From contig JBEKJX010000002.1 in assembly GCA_050011015.1 (NCBI GenBank), forward strand, positions 1 through 54,534: 54,534 nt of DNA. The letters are read 5' to 3'. Below the pieces are notes generated by a model that was not told the origin of the DNA, did not search any database, and was given only the letters and a program-made list of their open reading frames with translations. Position 1 is the first letter of the stretch. Each line of letters opens with the position of its first letter. This stretch comes from Smithella sp. (lineage in GTDB: Bacteria > Desulfobacterota > Syntrophia > Syntrophales > Smithellaceae). Positions 29,764 to 38,478 of this stretch are shown here, one piece after another. Position numbers and translations under genes: made by a program.

Positions 29764-32700
29764 ATGGAAAAATTTGCAGATTACATTCTCCTGGAAAAAA
29801 TACACGAAACCAGAAATTCAATCATTTACCGTGGACATAAAGAAAATGAAACACGGCCGTTGATCATTAAACTGCTAAAGACAGTTTATCCAACCCCTTC
29901 GGAAGTTGCTCGATTCAAACAGGAATATAACCTTGTAAGACAACTTGATATACAAAACATCATTAAAATATTTGATCTGGTTGAGCATGATAACAAGTAT
30001 GCCATCATCGAAGAGGATTTCGGCGGCCAATCACTAAAAGAGACAATAAAAGCAGAGAATATCGGATTAAGATCACTTTTACAGATTGCATCAAAAGTAT
30101 CCCAGACACTGGGATTAATTCACAAGAATAATATCATTCATCTGGATATAAAGCCTGATAATATTTTAATCAATTCGGAGAATGGTGAAGTCAAAATAAC
30201 CGACTTCGGCATTTCCGCTTTATTAACGCATGCCAACGATGAATTATATAATCCTGATGTTATTGAGGGAACACTGTCATACATGTCGCCGGAGCAAACC
30301 GGCAGGATGAACAGGGGCGTGGATTACCGCACAGACATATACTCCCTGGGGGCGACTTTTTATGAGATGCTGACCGGTGAGGTTCCTTTTAAATCAAAGG
30401 ACCCGATGGAATTGATTCATTCGCATATTGCGCGTCAGCCCTTATCTCCGGGTGATTTGAATTCTTCCATTCCTCCTGTATTATCCGCCATTATTTTAAA
30501 GATGTTATCAAAAAATCCGGAGGAGAGATATCAGAATTGCCTGGGATTAATGGCTGATATCGACGAATGCCTGAACCAGTTGAGTCAAAAAAACAGGATT
30601 GATGAATTTCCAATAGCAACAAAAGATATTTCCATACGGTTCAATATTCCGCGCACTCTTGTAGATCGTGATAATGAACGAATAGAACTCATGAGATGCT
30701 TTGAACGGACATGCAAAGGCTTAAGCGACGTAATGCTTGTAACCGGCCAGCCGGGAATAGGAAAATCCGCTCTGATTAATGAAATTTACAAACCGGTCAT
30801 TGCTAAAAAAGGCTATTTCATTTTTGGTAAATATGACCAGTTCAGGAAGGATGTTCCTTACAGCGCCATTATCCAGTCTTTTCAGGGACTCATACGGCAG
30901 ATAATTTCGGAGAGCGAAGAGAAAATACAATCGTGGAGAGAAAAACTTCTTGTCGCTTTGGGACCAAACGGGAAAGTCATCACTGATGTAATACCTGAAC
31001 TGGAGCTTATCATCCATAAACAGCCGGACTTGCCTTTAATCGGTCCGGAAGAATCGGTGAACAGATTCAACATCGTCTTTCAAAACTTTTTAAATGTTTT
31101 TACAACGGAGGAACATCCATTAGTGCTTTTTCTGGATGACCTGCAGTGGGCCGATGAAGCAAGCTTGAAGCTCCTGGAAAACTTAATGACCACCTATGAA
31201 ACAAAATATTTGTTTTTGATAGGAGCATACAGGGACAACGAAACAAATGATGCCCACCCGCTCACACTTGCTCTTAATAAAATTCGGAATAAAGGCACAA
31301 AAATACACAGCATGACACTGGGGCCCCTGAATGAGGCGAGCATCAATTTGATCATTACGAATGTCCTTGTATGTGATGCTGAAAAATCCTTGCCGCTGGC
31401 TGAACTTATCAGCAAAAAAACGGGCGGCAATCCATTCTTTGTTATTCAGTTCTTAAAAAATATCTATGATAATCATCTTCTGGATTTGAATCCAAAAACA
31501 GGATGGGAGTGGGATATAGATAAAATCCGGCAAATGCAGGTCACTGAAAACGTTATAGAATTCATGGCGGAAAAAATTTCCCATTTCCCCCCAAAAACAC
31601 AGGAAATATTAAAGATATGCGCTTGTATCGGTAACAGATTCGACCTTGAATCATTATCGGTTGTCTCCGGAAAATCAATCGACGAAACTCTTGCCGATTT
31701 AACCTCTGCAATTCAGGAAGATATGATCAGCGTTCATGGGAACATATACAAGTTTTATCATGACCGTATTCAGGAAGCGGCATATTCTCTGATTCCGGAA
31801 AAAGATAAGGAGGCAATGCATTATCGCATAGGCGGTAATGTTCTTAAAAAAAGCGGGACTGAAAATCTTAGTGAAAAAATATTTTATATTGTCGACCAGC
31901 TTAACAGAGGAATCAGGCTCGTGGGCAGTGTGGATGAAGAAATTATGCTGGCAAAGCTTAATTTACAGGCTGCGCAGAAAGCAAAAAAATCGACAGCATA
32001 CAACTCGGCTTCAAATTATTTGAAAATCGCCAGAGGACTTCTGCCTGAATATTGCTGGAAAAGTCATTATGACCTTACGTATTCCATCTATAGAGAGGCA
32101 CTGGAATGCGAGTATCTCAATCTTAACTTCAGCGCTGCCGAAAAAATATTTAATATTGTCGTAAGCAACGCAAAATCGAATATTGACAAGGCCAATGTTC
32201 ACACATTGATGATCATCTTATACACAACACAAGGAAATTATGAAGCCGCCCTGAAGGTTGGCACTGAAGGAATGAGGATGCTCGGTTTCAACCTGCCCCG
32301 GGAAGTAAGCGATGCGCGAGTGGGCATCGAACTATTAAAGCTCAGATTAAAATTCGGCCGCAGAAAAATAGAAGATTTGGTCGATATGCAGTATGTTACC
32401 CTGCCGAATACTTTAGATGAAGCAAAGCAGATGGCTGCACAATATCAGGCCAGATATCCTTCAAAATCGTTTGATAATCTCGAACTGGAATTGTGGGAAC
32501 TGGTATCTTTCGCGTATCTGGCAATTCATACCGGTACGGTAGCGTTTTATTCCAACCCGAATTTATTTGCCTATATAGTAATAAACGGCGTTTATAAACT
32601 GATAGATTTTGAAGTGAATTTTGAATATTCTCCCTTCGCATTGATTGCCATGGGCTCTATCGTAGGATCCTCCCTCGGCTTTTATAGGCATGGTTACAGG

Positions 32701-34815
32701 TTTGGCGTAACGGCATTAAAAATTAATGAAAAGATTGCCGATACAAAAAATAGATGCCGGGTGGAATTTGCCTTTCCGATGTTCGTCCAGCATTGGAAGA
32801 AACATGCCAAATACGATCTTGATTACTTCAGAAGCGGATACAAACACGGGATTGAAAACGGAGATCTTATCTTCAGCGGTCACAATGTTAATCTTTTGGG
32901 CATGACCCGCATCATGCTGGGAAATAACATCGATGACATTTTGGAAGAATACGGAAAGTACAAGGACTTTCAGCTTGGAGGCAAAGATCCTTTCATCACG
33001 CGTAATTATTTAGAAAATATAAGGATGTGTTTGTGCCTCAAAGGTTTGACTGAGGGTAAGGGCAGTTTAGACGGTGATGGTTTTAATGAGCAAGAACAGG
33101 CTGATTATTATAAATCTGAAAATAATCTGCTCGGCACATTCTACTCCTCTCTTATCCGGCTGAGAATAAGCTATCTTTTCGGTGAATTCTCAAAATGCCG
33201 CGCTCTTGTCCCTGAAATGCAGCGGATTGTGAATAGAAAAACCGCGCTGGGAAATCTTCACATACCGGAATTCTATTTATATTATTCACTGACACTTACG
33301 GCATCTTATCCGGAAGCCGACTTGCGGCAAAAAACAAAATATTTAATACGTCTGAAAGCCAACCAGATGAAGATGCGCATGTGGGCAAAATCCTGTCCTG
33401 AAAATTTCCAGCATAAATATGATCTTGTCGCCGCGGAAATGATGAAAATCAGGGGACGCTTCATGGAAGCTCAGCATCTTTATCATGAGGCTATCGAAGG
33501 CGCACGGAAAAACGGATACCAACAGATAGAAGCTATTGCCCGCGAACGCCTGGCGCTCTTATACCTGGATTATTCCTGCAAAGATGAGGCCGAATATTTC
33601 ATGCAAAGGGCTCACATCTGCTATTCATTATGGGGAGCTTCAGCCAAGGCCAAAGATCTGGAGGAAAAATACGCGTCATTGATACCCCGGGAGCAAGCGC
33701 AGCAAGCGACTGGAACTATAACAGTCAGCGGCTCTTCGGGAACAATGACCATTAGCGGCGCCACTGAAACCACAAGCAGCACAAGATTGCTTGACCTGTC
33801 CACGGCCATGAAAGTCTCCCAAATCATATCCAGCGAAATTATGCTGGACCGTCTCCTGCAGAAGATCATGCACGAGTCCATTACCAATGCCGGAGCCCAG
33901 CGTGGTTATCTGATTCTGGAATCCGATGGCGAATTGATTATTGAAGCAAGCGAAGATGTGGATAAAAATGAATTTCTGGTGATGCAATCAACGCCGCTGA
34001 AGGATTGTAATGATATCTGCCGTTCAATCGTTAATTACGTCTATCACAGCGGGGAAGACATTGTTCTTGGCAATGCCGTAAATGAAGGCCTCTTTATAAA
34101 CGACCCTTACATCATGCGGGTACAATGCAAATCCATACTCTGTACTCCCATTATGAGCAAAGGCAAGTTATCGGGCATCCTTTACATGGAGAACAACTTA
34201 AGCGAGAATGCCTTTACCCCTGAACGTCTGGAAATTCTCCGAAGCTTTTCCATTCAGGCCGCCATATCCATCGAAAACGCGAGGCTCTTTGAACTGGCCA
34301 CTACCGACGGTATGACCAAGCTCTACGTACACCGCTATTTCCAGCTTCTTCTGGATCAGGAAATGAAGCGTTCGCTGCGTCATAACAAGAAGTTTTCGCT
34401 TGTGATGATGGATATTGACAATTTTAAATCCTTCAACGACACTTATGGCCATCAATTAGGCGACAAGGTATTGAAGGACGTGGCCAACGTTGCCAGGAAA
34501 TCCGCACGCGTTGACGATATTGCGGCACGATACGGCGGCGAAGAATTTATCATGATCCTGCCTGAAACCGATTCCCGCCAGGCTATGGTTTTGGCTGAGA
34601 GAATACGTGCGGGCGTTGCCGAGATAGAAATACCCCATAACAATGAAAATCTGCATGTGACTATCAGCCTGGGAGTTTCCACCTATCCTATCCATTCGGA
34701 AGAAAAAGAGGAACTTATTCACGCGGCGGACGCGGCCCTCTATGCATCGAAAAATAAAGGGAAAAACTGCGTGAGCCTTTTTGAGAAAAAAACACGTTCT
34801 GAAAGTTCAATATAA
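29764..34815 (+). CDS. Multidomain signalling protein: Ser/Thr kinase, AAA/STAND ATPase, helical (TPR-like) array, GAF and GGDEF diguanylate cyclase
   Basis: Kinase motifs HLDIKPDN, DFG and SPE. Walker A GQPGIGKS. GAF domain at about 33.8-34.25 kb. GGEEF with I-site RVDD five residues upstream. Confidence 0.9.
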   Translation: MEKFADYILLEKIHETRNSIIYRGHKENETRPLIIKLLKTVYPTPSEVARFKQEYNLVRQLDIQNIIKIFDLVEHDNKYAIIEEDFGGQSLKETIKAENIGLRSLLQIASKVSQTLGLIHKNNIIHLDIKPDNILINSENGEVKITDFGISALLTHANDELYNPDVIEGTLSYMSPEQTGRMNRGVDYRTDIYSLGATFYEMLTGEVPFKSKDPMELIHSHIARQPLSPGDLNSSIPPVLSAIILKMLSKNPEERYQNCLGLMADIDECLNQLSQKNRIDEFPIATKDISIRFNIPRTLVDRDNERIELMRCFERTCKGLSDVMLVTGQPGIGKSALINEIYKPVIAKKGYFIFGKYDQFRKDVPYSAIIQSFQGLIRQIISESEEKIQSWREKLLVALGPNGKVITDVIPELELIIHKQPDLPLIGPEESVNRFNIVFQNFLNVFTTEEHPLVLFLDDLQWADEASLKLLENLMTTYETKYLFLIGAYRDNETNDAHPLTLALNKIRNKGTKIHSMTLGPLNEASINLIITNVLVCDAEKSLPLAELISKKTGGNPFFVIQFLKNIYDNHLLDLNPKTGWEWDIDKIRQMQVTENVIEFMAEKISHFPPKTQEILKICACIGNRFDLESLSVVSGKSIDETLADLTSAIQEDMISVHGNIYKFYHDRIQEAAYSLIPEKDKEAMHYRIGGNVLKKSGTENLSEKIFYIVDQLNRGIRLVGSVDEEIMLAKLNLQAAQKAKKSTAYNSASNYLKIARGLLPEYCWKSHYDLTYSIYREALECEYLNLNFSAAEKIFNIVVSNAKSNIDKANVHTLMIILYTTQGNYEAALKVGTEGMRMLGFNLPREVSDARVGIELLKLRLKFGRRKIEDLVDMQYVTLPNTLDEAKQMAAQYQARYPSKSFDNLELELWELVSFAYLAIHTGTVAFYSNPNLFAYIVINGVYKLIDFEVNFEYSPFALIAMGSIVGSSLGFYRHGYRFGVTALKINEKIADTKNRCRVEFAFPMFVQHWKKHAKYDLDYFRSGYKHGIENGDLIFSGHNVNLLGMTRIMLGNNIDDILEEYGKYKDFQLGGKDPFITRNYLENIRMCLCLKGLTEGKGSLDGDGFNEQEQADYYKSENNLLGTFYSSLIRLRISYLFGEFSKCRALVPEMQRIVNRKTALGNLHIPEFYLYYSLTLTASYPEADLRQKTKYLIRLKANQMKMRMWAKSCPENFQHKYDLVAAEMMKIRGRFMEAQHLYHEAIEGARKNGYQQIEAIARERLALLYLDYSCKDEAEYFMQRAHICYSLWGASAKAKDLEEKYASLIPREQAQQATGTITVSGSSGTMTISGATETTSSTRLLDLSTAMKVSQIISSEIMLDRLLQKIMHESITNAGAQRGYLILESDGELIIEASEDVDKNEFLVMQSTPLKDCNDICRSIVNYVYHSGEDIVLGNAVNEGLFINDPYIMRVQCKSILCTPIMSKGKLSGILYMENNLSENAFTPERLEILRSFSIQAAISIENARLFELATTDGMTKLYVHRYFQLLLDQEMKRSLRHNKKFSLVMMDIDNFKSFNDTYGHQLGDKVLKDVANVARKSARVDDIAARYGGEEFIMILPETDSRQAMVLAERIRAGVAEIEIPHNNENLHVTISLGVSTYPIHSEEKEELIHAADAALYASKNKGKNCVSLFEKKTRSESSI

Positions 34816-34991
34816 AAGGACATTTTATGCTATGGTGATACAGTATCTTTAGACGGAAATTTTGACACGCATCCATCCTTACAAACGGTATTCACTATTG
34901 ACATCGGCCTGTTAGGCAAAAAAGATGAAAACGTTTACCGGAAGTTGCTTTTAGACCGCAGGAAAATATTGAAATAATTAAAGAATAATCA

Positions 34992-35019
34992 TTGACATTC
35001 GGTAATAGATGTATATATT
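34992..35019 (+). promoter_or_regulatory. Candidate sigma70 promoter of the csp gene (TTGACA-16 nt-TATATT)
   Basis: Hexamers at 34992-34997 and 35014-35019. This implies a 5' UTR of about 135 nt. Confidence 0.5.
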
Positions 35020-35070
35020 AAAAGCAGGCATATAAGTTTGGATTAAGACATTTTGAGGTACAAAGGTTAG

Positions 35071-35106
35071 CCACCATGTTTCTTGGAATCCTGGTGGTTT
35101 TTTTTT
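35071..35106 (+). terminator. Terminator-like hairpin plus T9 inside the csp leader (possible attenuator)
   Basis: CCACCA...TGGTGG (6-bp stem, 15-nt loop) followed by nine T residues. It ends 54 nt before the csp ATG. Confidence 0.45.
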
Positions 35107-35159
35107 GACCAGCGGAAATCCGACTTAAGGCAATTTAATGAAAGGAGGATGAAAGCATA

Positions 35160-35360
35160 ATGTCAGAAGGTAAAGTAAAATGGTTTAACGAAAGTAAAGG
35201 CTTCGGGTTCATCGAAAAGGATGGCGGCGGTGATTTGTTTGTTCATTTCAGCGCTATTGAAGCAGCCGGTTTCAAGACGTTAAATGAAGGCCAGCGTGTC
35301 AGTTTCGATATCACTGAAGGCAAAAAAGGCCCGGCAGCAGAAAACGTGAAGTCTGTGTAA
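35160..35360 (+). CDS. Cold-shock protein (CspA family)
   Basis: RNP1/RNP2 motifs KGFGFI and VHFSAI, 66 aa, SD AAAGGAGG. Confidence 0.95.
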   Translation: MSEGKVKWFNESKGFGFIEKDGGGDLFVHFSAIEAAGFKTLNEGQRVSFDITEGKKGPAAENVKSV

Positions 35361-35377
35361 TTGAAATTTGGATAAAA

Positions 35378-35425
35378 AGAGGCATTTCATAAGAATTTTA
35401 TTTTTTTGCAGCGCCTCTTTTTTTT
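35378..35425 (+). terminator. Possible csp terminator (AGAGGC...GCCTCT followed by T8)
   Basis: 6-bp stem with a long 29-nt loop, followed by TTTTTTTT. Confidence 0.35.
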
Positions 35426-35474
35426 CCGGATATTGGGTAGCGTTTGAAGGAAGGATAAACAAAGGAGTCTGAAA

Positions 35475-35660
35475 ATGGGAAAGCCTGCGTACAACTTTGG
35501 CAAGACCAGTAAAGAAAAAGCAAGACAGCAAAAGCAAATGGCGAAAACTTCAAAGCGTATGATAGCCAGACAGTATAAAGCAAATTTCAAGTTGAGCACA
35601 CCCCGTGAAAAATCAGATACAGCCGAACCGAACAGCATGGATGATACCGCCAAAGCCTAG
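35475..35660 (+). CDS. Small basic protein, 61 aa, K/R-rich, unknown function
   Basis: AAGGAG lies 7 nt upstream of the ATG. I recognise no family. Confidence 0.45.
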   Translation: MGKPAYNFGKTSKEKARQQKQMAKTSKRMIARQYKANFKLSTPREKSDTAEPNSMDDTAKA

Positions 35661-35710
35661 GTTTTGGCGGCGTATTCCTTAACGTTGACACGCGTGAAAA
35701 GAAGAATAGT

Positions 35711-35926
35711 ATGGAAGTAAGATATAAGAAAAAATGGCTTGGACACACTACCGGAGATATTGTGAAAGTAACGGATGACTATGCGAATTCCCTGTTTCTG
35801 AGAAATATCGCGCAAAAGATGGAACCCCAGAGCGGCGCGGCAATAAAAGAGAAACTTGAACGCATGGTGGCGAATAAAGTTAAACGCAGATGTAAAAAAA
35901 GTAAGGAAACGGCGTCGCTTATTTGA
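35711..35926 (+). CDS. Small basic protein, 71 aa, unknown function
   Basis: Open frame with a lysine-rich C-terminus and a weak SD. Confidence 0.35.
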   Translation: MEVRYKKKWLGHTTGDIVKVTDDYANSLFLRNIAQKMEPQSGAAIKEKLERMVANKVKRRCKKSKETASLI

Positions 35927-36036
35927 TCCTGTATGTGCTTCATATCCGCCGTAAGGCTGATTACAGGGAAGGACAGAATCCGCCCCGCAAATGCAGCAAT
36001 TAAATTGATTGTTTTGTTCAATATTAAGGAGGTAAT

Positions 36037-36150
36037 ATGAGCCAGCACACGAAAGAACGGACAAAGGAACTGGACCGCAAAAGAAGAAGGCGGGAAGAGA
36101 GCCTGAAGCTTCGGGCAACACAGAAGGTGACTTTACGAAAAAAGAAATAA
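36037..36150 (+). CDS. Very small basic protein, 37 aa (MSQHTKERTKELDRKRRRREESLKLRATQKVTLRKKK)
   Basis: Not in the ORF track because it is under 60 aa. A strong SD AAGGAGG lies 4 nt before the ATG. Confidence 0.4.
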   Translation: MSQHTKERTKELDRKRRRREESLKLRATQKVTLRKKK

Positions 36151-36376
36151 GCAATTTGAAAAATTGTGCTTAATACACCGGCAGCTAAACAGAACCATTC
36201 CGGTTATTGATTTGCCGTAAATGCGATGCGGCATATCAACGGGGGTATGTTTAATTGCCGGAGTAATAAACCCGTTTCTAAAGGAAGTTTTCGCCATGCC
36301 GGCGAAAATTCCCGGACACTGCCTCGTCGCCATTGCCGATTCTGGAATGAATATCCAAAATTTTCTAAAAAATTTC

Positions 36377-36405
36377 TTGACAAGTATTTCCCGGTATTGT
36401 AATAG
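36377..36405 (+). promoter_or_regulatory. Candidate promoter of the Rrf2 gene (TTGACA-17 nt-TAATAG)
   Basis: Perfect -35 hexamer and a weak -10. It overlaps the left edge of the 29-nt box. Confidence 0.4.
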
Positions 36406-36432
36406 GTCTAAAAAGGTCTTATTAGGATAGTA
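36404..36432 (+). promoter_or_regulatory. 29-nt box, copy A (candidate Rrf2 operator)
   Basis: AGGTCTAAAAAGGTCTTATTAGGATAGTA is identical at 25 of 29 positions to 36859-36887. Confidence 0.5.
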
Positions 36433-36437
36433 ATATT

Positions 36438-36842
36438 ATGCTCCAGATCAGCCGGAAAGGCGATTACGCGATAAGAGGCATGGTATACCTGGCAAGCCAG
36501 CCGCCTGACAAGATTTCATTGCTGGGTGATATTGCCGCCGAAATGGAGATTCCTCAGACATTTCTTTCAAAAATATTTCAACAATTTAACAAATTCGGGC
36601 TTGTGAAGTCATATCGCGGAGCAGGCGGCGGTTTTCAGCTTGGCCGTCCCGCCGGTAAAATTACACTTCTCGAGATCGTGGAAGCCGTGGAAGGCAGGAT
36701 TGTGCCCAACCGCTGCATTATGGCGGAAGGGGTATGCAGACGGGATGTTACCTGCACCGTCCATCCCATATGGAAGGATGTTCAAAAAAACATGAGGAAT
36801 ATATTATCAAAAGTTACCTTGAAACATTTGGCGGGTAAATAA
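36438..36842 (+). CDS. Rrf2-family transcriptional regulator with a three-Cys cluster-binding motif
   Basis: N-terminal wHTH (ISRKGDYAIRGMVYLA) and C-x7-C-x5-C (CIMAEGVCRRDVTC). Confidence 0.9.
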   Translation: MLQISRKGDYAIRGMVYLASQPPDKISLLGDIAAEMEIPQTFLSKIFQQFNKFGLVKSYRGAGGGFQLGRPAGKITLLEIVEAVEGRIVPNRCIMAEGVCRRDVTCTVHPIWKDVQKNMRNILSKVTLKHLAGK

Positions 36843-36858
36843 TTTTTTTAACGAATAA

Positions 36859-36887
36859 AGGACTAAAAAGATCTTATTGAGATAGTA
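36859..36887 (+). promoter_or_regulatory. 29-nt box, copy B, upstream of cydA
   Basis: AGGACTAAAAAGATCTTATTGAGATAGTA contains the near-palindrome AAAAAGATCTTATT. Confidence 0.5.
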
Positions 36888-37110
36888 TCTTTTATTGTTA
36901 CTTTTTTTCTCCGCCCGGAGCGCGTGACCCGATGGCAACAAAACTGACAGACGGCGAGACGATCAGTGAGTTGCTTGAATCAATCGCTTTGGGCATGCTG
37001 AAACTCCTCCCGGGTGAGGATTTTCAGGAATGGATGTAACAGGGTTCTTTTAGGATTCTGTTAATTTAGATCAACAAGGACAATCGTAAATATTCCGGCA
37101 AGGAGGCATT

Positions 37111-38430
37111 ATGGATGTTTTAACTTTAAGCAGATGGCAATTTGCCATAACAGGCATGTTCCACTTTATTTTTGTTCCGCTTACTCTCGGCCTTTCCATC
37201 CTCGCGGCTTATTTTGAGACGCGCTATGTGATGACGAATGACGAGACATGGCTGAAAATGACTAAATTCTGGGGCAGGTTATTTCTCATTAACTTTACTC
37301 TGGGAATCGTCACGGGAATTACGATGGAATTCCAATTTGGGATGAACTGGGCGGAATATTCAAGGTATGTAGGAGATATATTCGGATCTCCGCTCGCCAT
37401 CGAGGCGACCGTGGCTTTTTTTCTCGAATCGGTTTTTATCGGCGTGTGGGTTTTCGGCTGGAATAAAATATCAAAAAAGATGCATGCGGTTTCCATCTGG
37501 ATTGTCGCCTTCGCGACCAACCTGTCCGCTCTCTGGATACTTCTGGCCAATGGCTGGATGCAGCATCCGGTAGGGTATCATCTGGTAACAAATGCCGCGG
37601 GCCAGATTCGCGCCGAGATGATCGACTTCATTGCCCTGCTGGTTAATCCTTTCGGCTTGATCGAATATTTCCATACGGTCACCTCCGGTTACGCCGTCGC
37701 CGCGTTTTTTGTGATGGGCATCTCCGCGTGGCACCTGATTCGCGCCAATGAAATTACATTTTTCAAACGATCATTCAGGGCAGCCGCCATATTCGGGTTC
37801 ATGGCCTGCCTCCTTGTTGCTTTCAGCGGTGATTTGCATGGTGTCGAGATCGCCAGGACCCAACCTGCCAAGCTTGCTGCCATGGACGCGACATGGGAAA
37901 CGCAGCGGGGCGTTGCCATGAGTATCGTTAAAATTCCCGATGTAAAAAACGAGCGCAGCAGCATTGAATGGCTGAACGTTCCGAACATGGTCAGCATCCT
38001 TGCCTTTCACGACGCCAACGCCGAAGTAAAAGGTCTCAAGGATTTTCCCGCAGAATTGCGTCCGCCGGTTCTGCCGACCTACTGGAGTTTCCGGCTTATG
38101 GTTGTCATGGGGATGCTCATGATCTTTGTTTCTCTTTGGGGAGTTTATCTTTCCGGGAAAGACGGCCTGGAGAAACACCGGACTTTCCTGAAGGTTGCGC
38201 TTTTTTCCCTGCCGCTGCCTTACATTGCCGGACAGCTCGGTTGGGTAGTTGCCGAAGTGGGGCGCCAGCCCTGGATTGTTTACGGTGTGCTCAAGACAGC
38301 CGATGCGGTATCCAGATCGATCAGTACGGTGCAGGTGGTGGGGTCCCTGCTCGGGTTTACGCTTCTGTATGGCGGACTCGCCGTCGTGGATATATACCTG
38401 CTGGCAAAATATTCCAGAAAAGGTCCCTGA
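37111..38430 (+). CDS. cydA: Cytochrome bd oxidase subunit I
   Basis: Typical N-terminus LSRWQFA.T..FHF.FVPLT.G, a Q-loop region and SD AAGGAGG. Confidence 0.95.
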   Translation: MDVLTLSRWQFAITGMFHFIFVPLTLGLSILAAYFETRYVMTNDETWLKMTKFWGRLFLINFTLGIVTGITMEFQFGMNWAEYSRYVGDIFGSPLAIEATVAFFLESVFIGVWVFGWNKISKKMHAVSIWIVAFATNLSALWILLANGWMQHPVGYHLVTNAAGQIRAEMIDFIALLVNPFGLIEYFHTVTSGYAVAAFFVMGISAWHLIRANEITFFKRSFRAAAIFGFMACLLVAFSGDLHGVEIARTQPAKLAAMDATWETQRGVAMSIVKIPDVKNERSSIEWLNVPNMVSILAFHDANAEVKGLKDFPAELRPPVLPTYWSFRLMVVMGMLMIFVSLWGVYLSGKDGLEKHRTFLKVALFSLPLPYIAGQLGWVVAEVGRQPWIVYGVLKTADAVSRSISTVQVVGSLLGFTLLYGGLAVVDIYLLAKYSRKGP

Positions 38431-38478
38431 GGGAAAGCCGTGAGAAATTTATTTAACCATTGATAGGAGGAAATAAAA

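Noticed and set aside
35657-36154. 165-aa minus-strand ORF spanning the region after csp.
   Set aside because: It has no SD and a Cys/Phe/Ser-rich composition atypical for this window. It is antisense to three + strand micro-ORFs, two of which have strong SDs.
36932-37039. 35-codon ORF (MATKLTDGETISELLES...) in the cydA leader.
   Set aside because: It has no SD and I recognise no family. It may be worth a Ribo-seq look, but the sequence alone does not support it.
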